DNA from: Cenarchaeum sp.
GTDB lineage: Archaea; Thermoproteota; Nitrososphaeria; Nitrososphaerales; Nitrosopumilaceae
Direction: 5' to 3'
Assembly (NCBI GenBank): GCA_965242695.1
Contig: CBDESU010000001.1
Coordinates: forward strand, 576,001 to 640,000
Length of the DNA stretch: 64,000 nt
Shown: positions 1-13,500 of the stretch, one piece after another
Position numbering within the stretch: position 1 is the stretch's first letter
How the letters are laid out: each line of letters begins with the position of its first letter
Program-made: the position numbers and the translations under genes
The notes under the pieces: generated by a model
What the model was told of the DNA's origin: nothing
Seen by the model: only the letters and a program-made list of their open reading frames with translations
Database searches by the model: none

Positions 1-2
1 CC

Positions 3-746
3 TTCGTCGATGCAGATGGCTTCATAAAGGGCAAGAAAAGATGGGTGCTATATCTGAAAGATATTGAAGTCGCGGACATAAAGTCTAGGCTTCCTCACAT
101 TATGGAGCGCGTAAATGCGACGCGGGCATATAGGGCATCGTGTGACAGGAAAGCTACAAGGGATTTGGCAGACAGCCCCACACTGTTTGCTTGGGGTGTT
201 GTGCCTGATAACACATTCTTGCTTATACCGAGAGTCACATCAGAAAACCGGAAGTACATACCCATTGGATACATGAAACCTCCAGAGATGACGAGTAATA
301 GCTCCATGGTGCTTGAAAATGCAGATCTTGGTGTTTTTGGGCTACTTACATCGTGGATGCATATGGTGTGGGCTGGTGCAGTCGGAGGTAGGTTAGAACA
401 ACGATATCGTTATTCTGCAAGTATAATATATAATACATTCCCCGTGCCTGATGGACCATTAGATGCCCTGCGACCCTTTGCGCAAAAAATATTGGATGTG
501 CGAAAATCTCACCCAACTTTGACCATGGGAAATTTGTATGACAGAGAAACCATGCCTGTCGATTTGATGAATGCCCACAAACGTCTTGATCGGGCTGTCG
601 AGAAAATGTATCGAAAGGAGCCATTTTTGTCAGATCGTGACAGGCTAGTATTCCTACTTTCAAAATATGGTTTGTTGCACCAAAAAAACCAGACTTTGGA
701 CGATTCGCCTAAGCGTAGAAGAAAGCGCAAAAGTAAACACATATGA
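3..746 (+). CDS. 3' part (target-recognition domain) of an MmeI-like Type IIL restriction-modification enzyme; 5' end lies outside the window
   Basis: Frame is open from base 3 (FVDADGFIKGKKRWVLYL). Motifs IPRVTSENRKYIPIGY and GLLTSWMHMVW...GGRLEQRYRYSASIIYNTFP resemble MmeI-family C-termini. Visibly AT-richer than the rest of the window. Confidence 0.85.
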   Translation, partial: FVDADGFIKGKKRWVLYLKDIEVADIKSRLPHIMERVNATRAYRASCDRKATRDLADSPTLFAWGVVPDNTFLLIPRVTSENRKYIPIGYMKPPEMTSNSSMVLENADLGVFGLLTSWMHMVWAGAVGGRLEQRYRYSASIIYNTFPVPDGPLDALRPFAQKILDVRKSHPTLTMGNLYDRETMPVDLMNAHKRLDRAVEKMYRKEPFLSDRDRLVFLLSKYGLLHQKNQTLDDSPKRRRKRKSKHI

Positions 747-1510
747 ACATTTATATGTTTTACTGCCAAGATCGTAATCAACTACTAATAGTGTGTGTGG
801 CAGTGCAAGTCTATGACGTCTGAGTTAAAACGCATATAATCGTACAGCGTAAAACATAACAAATACGTGGATTCTATCGCACGAATATCGACTCTGCCGA
901 TTTAATATCTCTGACGACGTCAAATCTATGGTACTTGTTTAGATGTGGACATATACCCAGCTGTCCGACTTATGACTTGCAGACACATGGGCATGGAAGT
1001 GTTCGTGGGCAATACGTGTGTCACAGATGGGGATGTCCTAGAGACGTACTGTGGACAGCACAGCGTCCGACGAATGAGCACACATGTGCGTGTCTATGCT
1101 GGCACTCGTCCCCTAGACGTGGTCATGAGCAATGTTGCCTCTCCTAGTGGCCGCACTGCACATGAGTGCTCATTGGCGTGGATCGGGCGGACGACCGGGA
1201 GGATCGGAGCCGGCGCACAGAAAAGACGGTGGTGGGGGGCGGGGTGAGCGTGGGGGTATAACCGCAACGCACGGGTTGGACGCTAGATGTTGCAACAGAT
1301 GCGACCGACTTGACACCATCGACTCGACGCCGCCTTTGGACTACCAGGGAGGGAGGGGAGATGCGTATGCTCATCGTGGCCCCAGTACGTGTTGCACAAC
1401 TGCGCTATTGATGCCTGTGGCACAGATGTGCGTAGGCGTAAGAATGGCCTCATGCATTGTAGGCCCCCGTAAAACCTTAAACGTATAGCCTCAAGCCCGC
1501 GTGCGGTAGC

Positions 1511-4500
1511 ATGAAGGTGGGGCAGGGACCTGCGCCGGCCGCTGAGGCCTGTAGACGGTCCGCACTTGGGGGCGTGGGGAGCCCGGTACGCGGCCGCCTG
1601 CCCGCGCCACGGCGGGCCTTTGCCGCCCTTGCCGGCGCGGCGGTGGTGGCCGTGGCCGCAGCCGCGGCCTGCATGTCTGCATACTCCCCCGCGCAGGAGC
1701 CGCTAGACGCAGCCGGCCTGCCCGCCACGTGGTCGTGGCTGGCCGGCGCCACCGACCCGCTCGATGCGGTGCTGCCAGAGGCCGACGCGACCAGAATCTC
1801 GTACGTCAGGGGCACGTTCAAGATCACGGGCCCGCACACGATCACCGCGACGTACTCGGCCTCGATCTACGCGGACGAGAGCGACTACGGCGACCTGCAG
1901 GTGACCGGCGGCGGCACGCGCGACGTCCGCGGCCTCTCGGGGCCGTACCAGACCCGCAGCTACTTTGGCATCACGACCACGCCGGCGCAGACGCACACGC
2001 TGACCCTTGCTGGAGATGCGCTCCCAAAGTCTGCGACCGGCCGGATGACGGTCGCCCAGCTACACTACTACGACACGGGGCCCATTTTCAGCGGCCAGGA
2101 CGTAAACTACTACTTTGTCCGGCAGACGGTGAACGTCGGCGACGGGCAGGCCCCGGCGCTCAGCAGGTCAGGCCATGCGGTGAACTTGGAGGATGCCACC
2201 GTGTCGTTCTCGTTCGACGAGCCCATGGACGCATCGAGGACCGTTCCGGCGGGGATAACCCTGTCGTGCGGCTCGAGCCGTCTGGGCCTGGACGGCGCGT
2301 CCGCCGTCGAGCCAGATGCGAACACCGTAACGGTAAAGCTCACGCCGGGGCAGAAGTCCGACCTCTTGTCGCGCGCGACGGGCTGTGCTAGCAACGGCTG
2401 GAGCGCCGCGCTGCGGGCCTCGACGTTCTTCGACGTCGGCGGAAACGCGGCGCCGGCGGCGTCCCGCATATCGATGGGATTCCATGGCGACAACGCCCAC
2501 CCGGCGGTCGTCGGGCAGCCGCGCCTGGACCTCGGGACGGGCGAGCTTGAGGTGCGGTTCAGCGAGTACGTAAAGGTCGGAACCGGGGGGACAACGGAGT
2601 CTAGGTCGGTTCGGATTGGCAGTAGCGTGTCCGTCCCTGCAACTCGATGTCAATCTCGGGCGAGACGGCCTCGACAACGCTAGGCGAGGATGAGCGCATA
2701 GACCTGATCTTAGAGTACGACGGGATCAGCATGGACGTGAGATTCGGCGGCGATTCGTTCCTTGACCTGGTCGACCGGCCGCTGCTAGCAGATGATCGCC
2801 GGAAGACGCTGGTTGTGGAGGACGACACGTCCCCGCCTGGCCTCCCTCCGGGGACGCGGCCGGCGCTGGACCTAGACGGGGGCACCCTGTCGTTTGCGTT
2901 CAACGAGACCGTCAGCCTGGCGAACGTGGACATGACCGACGCAAAAATACTCGACTCGAGCTCGTCCAAGCTTGCCGACCTTGACGGCTTGGAGCTGGAG
3001 GCCGGGCAGGTCGCCCATCCGACATCCGTGAAGTTTGTCCTCGGCAGGGAGCTGCGCGCCGATGCAGTCGGGGCCGCGCGCATCACCGTGCCGCCCGGAG
3101 CGTTCCGCGACGCGGCGGACAACCCGAGCCCCGCCCTTGACGCCGCGCCGCTGGACGTGACGGCCGACACGACGCCCCCGCAGGCCGTCGGGAACCCTGC
3201 GCCGACGCTCTACCTGGGCAACGGGACACTGGCCGTAAAATTCGACGAGTATATCGGGAACGTGCGGCCGTGGGGCATACTGCTGCGCGACGCAACACTG
3301 GCCCGCAACGTCGCGCTCGGCGGCGCAGAGGTGTTGTCCCCTCCCGACGGCGACAAGTACACCGACACAGTCGTCGTCAACCTGACGCGGCAGCAGGCGG
3401 CCGCGGCGGTCATCCACAACGTGACGATAATAGAGGCCAACCGGGCCGTCTTCGAGGACATTTCGGGAGTCCCGTACACGGGTGTCCTGCCGGCCCTCGT
3501 CAAGGTTCCAGATACGGCGGGCCCGGAGCTTGACGCGGCGCGGCCGCCGCTGTACAAGGCGCTGGACAATACGTTGGCCCTGTCGTTCGCCGAGTACGTC
3601 AACACATCGTCCGCAGTCTTGGAGAGGATCAACATAACCGACACGGGAAGCGGGGGAGCCTCGTTCTATCTTGACAGCAACGCCATGGTGCAGGAATCAA
3701 ACACGGAAATGGTGGTAATCACGGTGTCGAGCGCGCAGGCCTTGTCCATATCGTCGCCGGCGGGATCCCTGTTGCTCGGCATGGATGGAGGTGCGTTCAA
3801 AGACATGTCGGGGAATGACTCGCCGGCGGACTCGGGCGTTGCCATCACGAGCGTGGCCGATCTGACGGTGCCGGGCCTGGCGGGAACGCCGTCGCTGAAC
3901 CTTAACAATCTGAACCTGACAATGCAGTTCAACAAGACGATCGTCCCGGCAGTCGACCCGTCGGGCATAACGATAGCGGCGATCAGCGGGGCCAACGCAA
4001 CGCACCTGGGCGGCGCGCAGGTGCTGTCGGTGGATGCGAACACCGCCGTCGTCGGGATAACCGAAGAACAAAAGGCATCGATCATCATCGCGCGCGTCCC
4101 TGCGGAGCGGGAGATGCGCATCTCGATATCGCCCGCCGCGGTGACCGACCAGCCGGGCAACCCCCTTGCGGGGGCGGCCAACAGGAGCCTTGCAATTACC
4201 AACGACAGAACTATGCCGGCCGTCTCGGCGTCGCAGCGACCCGTCCTTGACCTGGCGTCTGGGCTACTCACCGTCTACCTGAACGAGCATGCCAACGCCT
4301 CGCGAACCCATACAGGGCAGGTGCAGCTGGTCAACGAGAATTGTCTGAACAATGTGCAGTCTGAAGGTTGCGAGTCCCTCACACTGAGTGGCGCGACTGT
4401 GCTTGTACCGTCGGGCTCGCCGCAACAGCATGTCTCAGTGCAGCTTACGCCTGACCAGAAGGCAGATGCCGCGGCCAAAAACGCCTCGCGCATCCGGTCG

Positions 4501-7500
4501 ACGGCGCCCGGTGTGGGGGAAACCAGAGGCCCGTTCTTCGACCTGTCGGGCAACGGGATGCCGCTTGAACTGGGAGCCTCCACTCGCGTTGGGGAACTAC
4601 AGGGCCATCGAATGCATGTCGTCGAGGATGCAGCTGCTCCTGTTCTGACCGTCTCTGACGACACGCCGGGCCTAGACTTGGGCACCGGAAAGCTGGCTGT
4701 GAGTTTTGACGAGCATGTTGCGATCGCTGACACGTTGCCGGGCTTGGTTGAGCTGATCGGCGCCGCCCCCGGGCGCGAGCGCATCGCACTGGGGATGTCG
4801 GGCGTGGAGGCGGCCAGTCCGGCCGACTCCGATGCCATGTCTGCGACGGGGGCCGTCCTGTCACTCTCGCCCGCCGAAAAGGCCGCCGCCGCGGCGTCGC
4901 GCGCGAACATGGTAAGTCTTGTCGCCGGCGCGTTTTCCGACCCGTCGGGGAACCCGATCGCCAACACGACTGCGGCGGTACGCGTGGCCAGCGACGAGGT
5001 CGCCCCGCGCCTCGACGCGACCGCCCTGCCCGTCCTTGACCTGGGCGACGGCACGCTCACGATGCGCTTCGACGAGTACGTCGGCGTGTCCGCATCAAAC
5101 TCTTCGCGCGTGTCCCTGTCGGCGGCAGGGCAGGCCGGCGGCGCCGGCGGGGCATGCGCATCGCCGGGCGGCAGCGTGCGGCTGGCGGATGCCGGCGTCG
5201 CAGCTGTGGAGGTTGCGGCGGTAGATGCCGTCGTGCCGGGCGTGCCGGCCGGGGCCGCCCCGGGCATTGTCGTCTCGCTTACGCCGGCCCAAAAGGCGGC
5301 CGCCGTGGCCTGCGCAGGAGCATCGGCCGTGCCGGCGGCGCTGTCGGCAACCTCCGAAGCGGGCGCGTTCTTCGACCTTGCCCCGACTCCCAACGAAAAC
5401 GAACAGAACAGCACGGGCCTGGATACGATTGCAGATGCGGCCGCGCCGCGCCTTGATGCGGCTGCCCCGCCGGTCCTCGACCTCGGCGACGGCACGCTCA
5501 CGATGCGGTTCGACGAGTACGTCAACGTGTCCGCCGCCGACCCGTCGCTCGTGTCGCTCGGACTGTCGGGCGGGGCGGGCCCGGGCGGCGGGACGAGCTT
5601 GGCATGCGCCGCCGCACCGGCCGGCGGGCTGCTGTCGGGCGCAAGCGTCGAAGCCGCACCTGTGCCCGCAGCGGCGCAGGGCGTGCCGTCCGGCGCCGCC
5701 CCGGGCGTCGTCGTCAAACTTACTCCTGCCCAAAAGGCCGCGGCGGGGCACTGCGCTGGCGGCCAGGCCGGCGCGCGTGCGAACGCAGTAAGCGCCTCCC
5801 CCGGCGCGTTCGCCGACCTGTCGTGGAACCCGTCGGAGCGGGTGCGCGGCGCCGTCTTGTCGGTGAACGCCGACACGACGCCGCCCGGGCTGGCCACGCG
5901 GCGCACCGCCGCTGCTCAACCTTGCGACCGGCACGCTCTCGCTCACGTTCGACGAGTTCGTCGATGCCTCTACGCTCGTCATATCGAGCGTCGCATTCGA
6001 GGACGACAACGGGGGATCCAGGGTGGCCCTTGACGGCACCGCCACCGCCTCGCAGGGGCACGACGGCACGGTCGTCGTGGTGGGCCTCACCCCTACGCAC
6101 CTGGCCGGCATAGCGACGGCCAACTCGACTGCGCCTCCCGTCCGCCTAGAGGTTGCCGCCGGCGCCGTGGCCGACCTTTCAGGCGAAGCGAACCGCCTCT
6201 TGGACAACGTGGCCGTCGAGGCAAGCCGCGACACGGCGCCGCCGCTCCTTGACGCTGCGAGGCCTCCTGCGCTGGATCTTGGCACGGGGGCGCTGACGGT
6301 GCGGTTCAGCGAGGCGGTGCGGCCCGCATCCGATGCCGCGTCGCTGCTGTCCATAGTGTCAGCCGGGGGCGGATGCGATCGAACTTGACGGCTCGTCCGT
6401 TGGATCCGATGCCGATCGGTCTGTGGTTGTAGTGGATCTGATGCCGGATCAAAAGGCCGCGGCGGTCGCCGCCCAGGCGGCCGCCGCGGCCGCCGGCTTG
6501 CAGCTCGCACTGGGCGTCTCTGCCGGCGCCGTAGCCGACTATGCGTTCAACGAAATAGGCGCAGTGGATGCGGCCGGCCTGACAGTGCTCGCCGACGGCT
6601 CGCCGCCTGCCATCCTGCCTTCCATCCCGCCTAGGCTGGATCTTGGCAGCGGCGAGCTCGCGATACGGTTCGACGAGCACGTCTCGGCAGAGTCGGCCGA
6701 CACGTCAAGGATGGCACTCGTCCTGGACTCGCCGGCCGGCTCGCAGCTGCCACTGGGCGGCGGCGCAGCAGGCGCAGCCGCGCCTGCGACGATCGTCGCC
6801 GGCGAGTCCGACACCGATGCGATCGTCGTCCGGCTCACGCCCGACCAAAAGGCGCTCGCCGCCGCCGGCGGTGCGAGCCGCGTCGTACTAGAGGCCGGCG
6901 CCGTCGCCGACCTGTCGGGGAACGCCCTCGCGCAGGATGCCTCGGCCGCCCTGTCGGCCGTCCGCGACGCCTCGGCGCCTGGGCTGGAAAACCCCGCCCG
7001 CCCCGTCCTCGACCTGGCTGCCGGCGTACTGGACGTCGCGTTCGACGAGCACGTCGACCCGCAGTCGGCAAACCTCTCGCGCCTCCTCATAGTCGACCGG
7101 TCCGGCGGGGTCGAGATCGGGCTCGGCGGCGCATCGCTGTCCCCGCTGCCGGCGGGTCGGCAGGCCGGCGCCAACCTGACGGTGCTCCTCACGCCGGCCC
7201 AGAAGACGGCCGTCTCTGCCGCCGATGCCGAGTCGGGGCCCGTCATGCTGTTTGCAAGGGAGCCTGGCGCGATAGCCGACACGTACGGGAATGCAATGGA
7301 GCCGTTTGACCAGACCGCCCTGCTGGTGCTGCCAGACTCGGCCGGCCCCGTGCCCGTGGCGTCCGGACCTGGCCGCCCGTCGCTCGACCTGGGCACGGGG
7401 GTGCTGACGGTGCGGTTCGACGAGGAGGTGCTGGCGGCCGAGTCCGACTTGTCGGCCGTTCGGTTCGTCAATGCGAGCGACGGCACACAGTTCGCCAACC

Positions 7501-10500
7501 TTGACGGGCATACTGCCATGGTGCCTGGGGGCGACACCTCGTTGCCGTCGTCAAGCCTGTCCGTGAAGCTCGCGCCGGACCGCATGGCGGCAATCGTCGG
7601 CGCGGCCGAAGTCGGGGGCGACTACTTCCCCCCTTGGTGTGACTATGACAACTATCCCACCTGTTGAACTAGCAAGGCTGTTTCGAGCTTGAAGTCAACG
7701 ATACGGTGCGCCTAGTGGCAGATGCCGGAGCTTTTTACGACCCGTCCGGCAACCCGTCCACTCCAATGAATGCGGCCGTCCTTGACGTCGCAACCGACTG
7801 GCGCCGCCGGAGCTCGATCCGACCAAGCCGCCGCTGCTCAACTTGGTCAACAGATCGATCGTAGTAAATTTTGACGAGCCGGTGCAGAATATACGCATTG
7901 CTTTGGCAAGCGTTGAGAATGCCAGCGAGAGTCCATCTGTCCCCCTGAACTCTGCCCAGACTGTGGCCGAGGATGGCGGTCGACGCTTACACATTCAGCT
8001 CTCCCAGTCAGATGCAGCACTGAGTAGGGACATTTGTCGACAACGCGCACATCTACATGCGGGAGGATAGAGGGGGAGTAGTGCGCGATTTGTCGTGTCT
8101 TTTCCCGTCCACTGAGCTGCGCGCGGCTCTGGAGCGCTCATCGGACAACGCCCCTCCGCGTATGACAGCGGCGGACGCTCGACCTGGGAACCGGCAACCT
8201 GTCTATGGACGTTCAGCGAGGATATAGACGCCGGAACCGTCGACACGGCGGCCGTGTCAATCGTAACGGCCGACGGGGAAATCCGACTCGACGTTGCAGC
8301 CGCCGTCACCCCACCGTCGGGCCCCGCAGCCACGGTGGGCCTAGCGCTCTCGGATGCGCAAAGGTACGCCGCAGTCCGTGCCTACACCGGGCCGGGTTCC
8401 CTGTCCATAAGCATGGGCGCCGGCGCCGTCAGCGACCTGTCGTACCTGGGATCCGCCGAGCTTACCGGAGGGTCGTTGCAAGTTGTCCCCGATATGCACA
8501 GCCGCCCCGCCTGCTCGACGGCGACGGCCCGCGGCAGCGCCCGGTCCTAGACGCAGAGGACAAGAAGCTGACGCTCCACTTTGACGAGCATGTAAAGATT
8601 GAGCCGCCTCCGTCGGGGAGTGTCGACCTCCTCGCGGCAGGGGAGATGATCGTAGATCTCACGGGCAACCTAGCTGTGTTGGCGGCCGGCTTTGGGGACG
8701 ACGAGACGACGGCCGCCTCGACATCGATATCCATATCGCTCGGCGGCGCCAACACGCTGAGGGCCATACTCGGCGGGGCGACCCACATGAGCGCCGAGCC
8801 GGGCGCGTTTGCCGACGCATCGGACGTGCTATCTACCCGCATCGATTCCGTCAAGATGCACGTCCTGCGAGATCCTACTCCCCCCAGGCTCAACCTGTCT
8901 GCCCCGCAGTACCTTGACCTTGGGGACGGACGGCTCGAGATCACGTTCAGCGAGCCCGTGAATGCGACGACCACGGGCGCCGCGGGCGTGGTCCTGACGC
9001 CCGCCGGCGGCGGCGCCAACGGTAGCCGCGAGGTGGCCCTGGCCCGCTCCGGCGTAGAGTCCGACCTCCTGAGCAGGACGATCAACGTTTCGCTCGCCCA
9101 GCCGGACAAGGCCGCCGCCGTGGTCCTGGCCGTCAAGCGCCTCTCGATCGAGGCCGACTCGTTCAGCGACGCGTCCGGCAACCTTGTCGCCGACGGGCAG
9201 GGCGTCCCGCTCGTAGTCACGGACGACACGACAAACCCAAAGCTGGATCCCGACGCGGCGCGCCCTCCCGTCCTCGACCTGGACGCGGGCACGGTCGTGA
9301 TCCGGTTCGACGAGCACGTCAATACGACGGAGGCGGACCTCGGCTCGGTGCACATAGCCGGCGCCGAGGCGGGGCCGCCGATCTTTTCGCTGGCCGGCGC
9401 GCCTGCGGCGCCGTGGCTGCCCCCTCCGCCGCCGGGCCAGACGCATGCCGACATACTCTCGCCGCTTCAGCGCGACGCGGGTCTAGTCGGCGCGCCGGGG
9501 ATCGAGGCGTCCCTCTCGCAGCGCCAGAGGGCGGCCGCCGCCGTTTTGGCCGAGCCGTGGCTTGCCGTCGACGCCGATGCGTTCGAGGATATCTCGCGCA
9601 ACAAGAACCTGCCGGATGCTGCAAGGCTCGCCGTCCTGCGGGATGTCACTGCGCCAGCGCCCGACGACGGCGTGCCGGCGGTGCTCGACCTCGGCGCCGG
9701 CAGCCTCGCCGTCCGGCTCGACGAGTACGTGCGCGTGCCGGATACGGACGCATCAAAGATCGCAATCGGGCGCGCCGGCCAGCCGGCGCAGGATGCGGTG
9801 CAGCTGGCCGGCGCGGCCGTCTCGCGCGGCGCGCCGCACGATCCATCCGCGCAGCCGACGCTGCCGCCTGCCGCGTCGCTCTCGGTCAACTTTACCATGA
9901 ATGCGGCCCAAAAGGCGGCCGCTGTAATCCTTGCCGGCCCCGCCGGAGATATGGACATCATCGTGCAGTACGGCGCGAATGCGTTTACAGACCTGTCCGA
10001 CAGAAAGTCCGGCGCATCCAGCGCGCGCCCCGCCGTACTGCCCGACAGGACCGCGCCGATGCTCGCCGACGGCTCGCGGCCGCTGCTCAACCTAGAGTCA
10101 AGGACGCTCTCGGTCAGGTTCGTCGAGTACATCGACGCGTCCACGGTCGATGCGAGCCGGATATACGTCGAGGGCGCGGACGGCGGGTCGGCCGCGGCCC
10201 TCGAAGGCGCCGCGCCCCGGGACCGCGACGGCACGGTGGTCGTACTGGACCTCACGGATGCAAACTTTGATGCGATCGACGCGGCCAACGAGTCGGCATC
10301 GCCTGTTCGACTGGACATCGGCGCCGATGCGTTCCGCGACCTGTCTGGCAACGGGAACGATCCTGCGCCAGACGTCACGCTAGACGTCACGAGCGACACG
10401 ATCGCGCCGGCGCTGTCCGCCGAGCGCGGCCCCGAGCTCGACCTCAACGACGGCTCGCTGCGCGTGTGGTTTACAGAGCCGGTCGATGTGGCGGGGATCG

Positions 10501-13500
10501 ACCTGTCCGAGGTGTCGCTTTCCGCCGGGGACACATCCGTCCAGCTCGGCGGCGCGCGGGCGGGCGCCGACTTGGGCCCGTCCGCGGCGGTGCTCGTCTC
10601 GCTCACGCTCGAGCAGCGCGCGAGAACGGCGCTCGCAGAGGCGGCCGCCCCGGCCGGCCTGGTAACCCTGGGAATCGGGGCGGGCGCCGTCGCGGATGCG
10701 GCGCACAACGGGATCGAGGCGGTCGAGGGCCGCGCCGTCGACGTCGCGCCGGACAGGACGGCGCCGGCCCGGGACGAGGCCCCGGCTAGGCTCGACCTTG
10801 GAACGGGCATGCTCGCGATCGGCTTTGACGAGCACGTCAATGCGACGGCCGCGCGCCTGGATCTGGCGTCGCTGGAGGCGCCGGGCGCCGGGACCGGGGG
10901 GACGGCGCAGCCCGTCCTGGACTCGCTCGCCGGCGCAACCGTCGCCGAGGCCGGCGACATCGGCTCGCCGCTCGTAACAATAGGCCTGACCGCATCCCAA
11001 AAGGCCGCCGCCGCATCGGCGCCCGGGGGAAGCCTGCGGATCGCCTCGCAGCTCGGGGCGTTCAGCGACCTGTCGGGCAACCCGTCGGACGCGTTTGGCG
11101 AGCAGCTGCGCATCGACCCCGACGGCGCGGGGCCGAGCCTGGCGGCCGGCGTGCGGCCGCTGCTCAACCTGGCGGCGGGCACGCTCTCGCTCACGTTCGA
11201 CGAGTTTGTCGACGCGGCGCTGACGGACGCCTCGCGCATATCGGTAAGGGACTCGCTCGGCGGATCCGTCGGGCTGGGGGGCGCCGCGCCGCGGGCCGGC
11301 GGCAGCGGAACCGTCGTCACGCTCGGCCTCCTGCGGGCGCACCTGGACGCCGTATCCGAGGCCAACAGGACCGCGCCGCCGATCCTGCTCGACGTCGAGG
11401 CAGGCGCGTTCCGCGACCTGTCGGGCAACGGGAACGGGCAGGCGCTGGGGGTGCGCATCGCGTCCACGGACGATGCCTCGGCGCCCGAGCTGTCCGCCGA
11501 CCGCGGCCCCGAGCTCGACCTCAACGACGGGACGCTGCGCGTGTGGTTTACAGAGCCCGTCGATGCGGCGGGGATCGACCTGTCCCGGGTGACCCTGTCG
11601 GTTGCGGGCGGGGATGCGGTGGCCCTGGGAGGCGCAAGGGCCGAGGCCGCATCCGCAGCGTCCGATGCGGCCGCCATAACGCTCACGCTCGCGCAGCGGG
11701 CCGCCGCCGTGGCGCTCGCCGCGGCGGCCCCGTCGGCGGGCGGCGGCCTGTCGCTCGGCATCGGCGCGGATGCCGTCAGGGACCTGGCGTACAACGGGAT
11801 CGCCGCCGTCGAAGGCAGGGAGGTGGCAGTCACGCCGGACACGACGGCGCCGGCCCCGGACGGGACGCCTCCGCGGCTGGACCTCAACGACGGCACGCTT
11901 ACGGTGCGCCTTGACGAGCACGTCGATGCGGAATCGACGCGGACCGAACTGCTGTCGCTGTCGGCCCGGGGATCGAACGCGACCATACTGCCCTCGCTTG
12001 CCGGAGCGTCGGCGTCCGCCGGCGGGCAGGACGGCGATGCGGCCCGGGGCGCAGGCTCGCCGCTCGTCGTCGTAAAATTGACGGGTGCGCAGAGGGCCGC
12101 CCTGGCCGCCTCGCCGCTGCTGGCCCTGCCGGCCACGGAGCCGGGGATGCGGGCTGAATCCGGGCAGGGCGCAGCCCGGGACTTGAATGCCGCGGATGCC
12201 AATGCGGCGGCCCTCGCCGCGGCGGCCGCCTCGGACCTGCTCGTCCTGGCCGCCCCCGGCGCGTTCAGCGACCTCTCGGGCAACCCGTCGGCGCAGGCAG
12301 ACATCAGGGCCCTGCCCGTGCCCGACTCTAGCGCGCCGGTACTGGCCGCCGGCTCGCCGCCCGTGGTCAACCTGACGGCGGGCACGCTCTTGCTTGCGTT
12401 CGACGAGTACATTGAGGCATCGTCGGTAAACGCGTCCCTGATTGCCGCAAGGGATGCGCGGGGCGGCTCGCAGGTGCGGCTCGCCGGCGCCTCGACTCCG
12501 GCGATGAACGGCACGGCCGTACTGCTCGACCTCACGGAGGCGCACGTGTCCGGCGTACTGGCGGCCAACTCGACGGCGCCGCCGGTCCGCCTGGACGTTG
12601 CAGCCGGCGCGCTCTACGACCTGTACGGCAACGCGTACGAGGGGGCGGCGAACGTGACGGTGGAACTGGCCGCAGCGGCGCGGCCTGCGATGCCCCCACC
12701 ATCGCCGCCGGACGGCGGCACGAACGGAACTGTAGAACCGCCGCCCGTGCAGCCGCCCGTGCAGCCGCCCGTGCAGCCGCCCGTCCAGCCGGCGCAGCCG
12801 GCGCAGCCGGCGCAGCCGGCGGTCGTGTTCCCCTCGGGCGGAGGCGGAGGCGGAGGCGGGGGAGGAGGCGGCACGGGCGGCAGCGGCCGCACCGGCGTCG
12901 GGCCGGCCGGTGGCGCCGCCCCGGCCGTATTCGTCCATTCCGTGTCGTGGGACTGCGAGGCAGGCTCGGCGACCGTCCTCTTGGGCGGCATCGTATCGGG
13001 CGATCCCGAGGTGTCGCTGCTTATGGCGTCGGGCGCCGAAAGGGGAGAGCGCGATCCCGATCGCGACATGCACGGAGCCGCGGCGTACACTGCGCCGTTT
13101 GCCGGCGACGAGATAATCTCGGTGAGGGTCGTCGTGGCCGACGGCAGGAACGTCCAGTCGCTCTCCGAGACTGTCCGCACCTGGGGCGAGTGCGCCGGGC
13201 GGGCAGTGGTTGCCGGCGGCGCCGGAGCGGCGCCGGATGCGGATGCCGGTACGGATGGGCCGGATGCGGAGGCGGGCCGGCAGCCCGCCGCCCTAGGCGC
13301 GCCGGACGAGGACGGGGCGGAGGATGCCGCGATGCGGCCCGAGCCTGCGCCCCTGCCGGACGAGGGGGCGGAGCGGGATGCAGAGCCGGCGCCGGGCGGC
13401 TCGGCTCCGGCCGGGGCGGAGCGTCCGCAGGACGTCCCCGACGCGGCCGGCGCGGGGCAAATGCAGGAGCCGGCGCCGCCCGCGCCGGCCCCTGCAGGCG

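Noticed and set aside
9467-13073. Long antisense ORFs (1033 aa, 897 aa) and similar ones such as 41588-44779 and 16349-17689
   Set aside because: Shadow frames of GC-rich real genes, with Arg/Ala/Pro-biased translations and no motifs.
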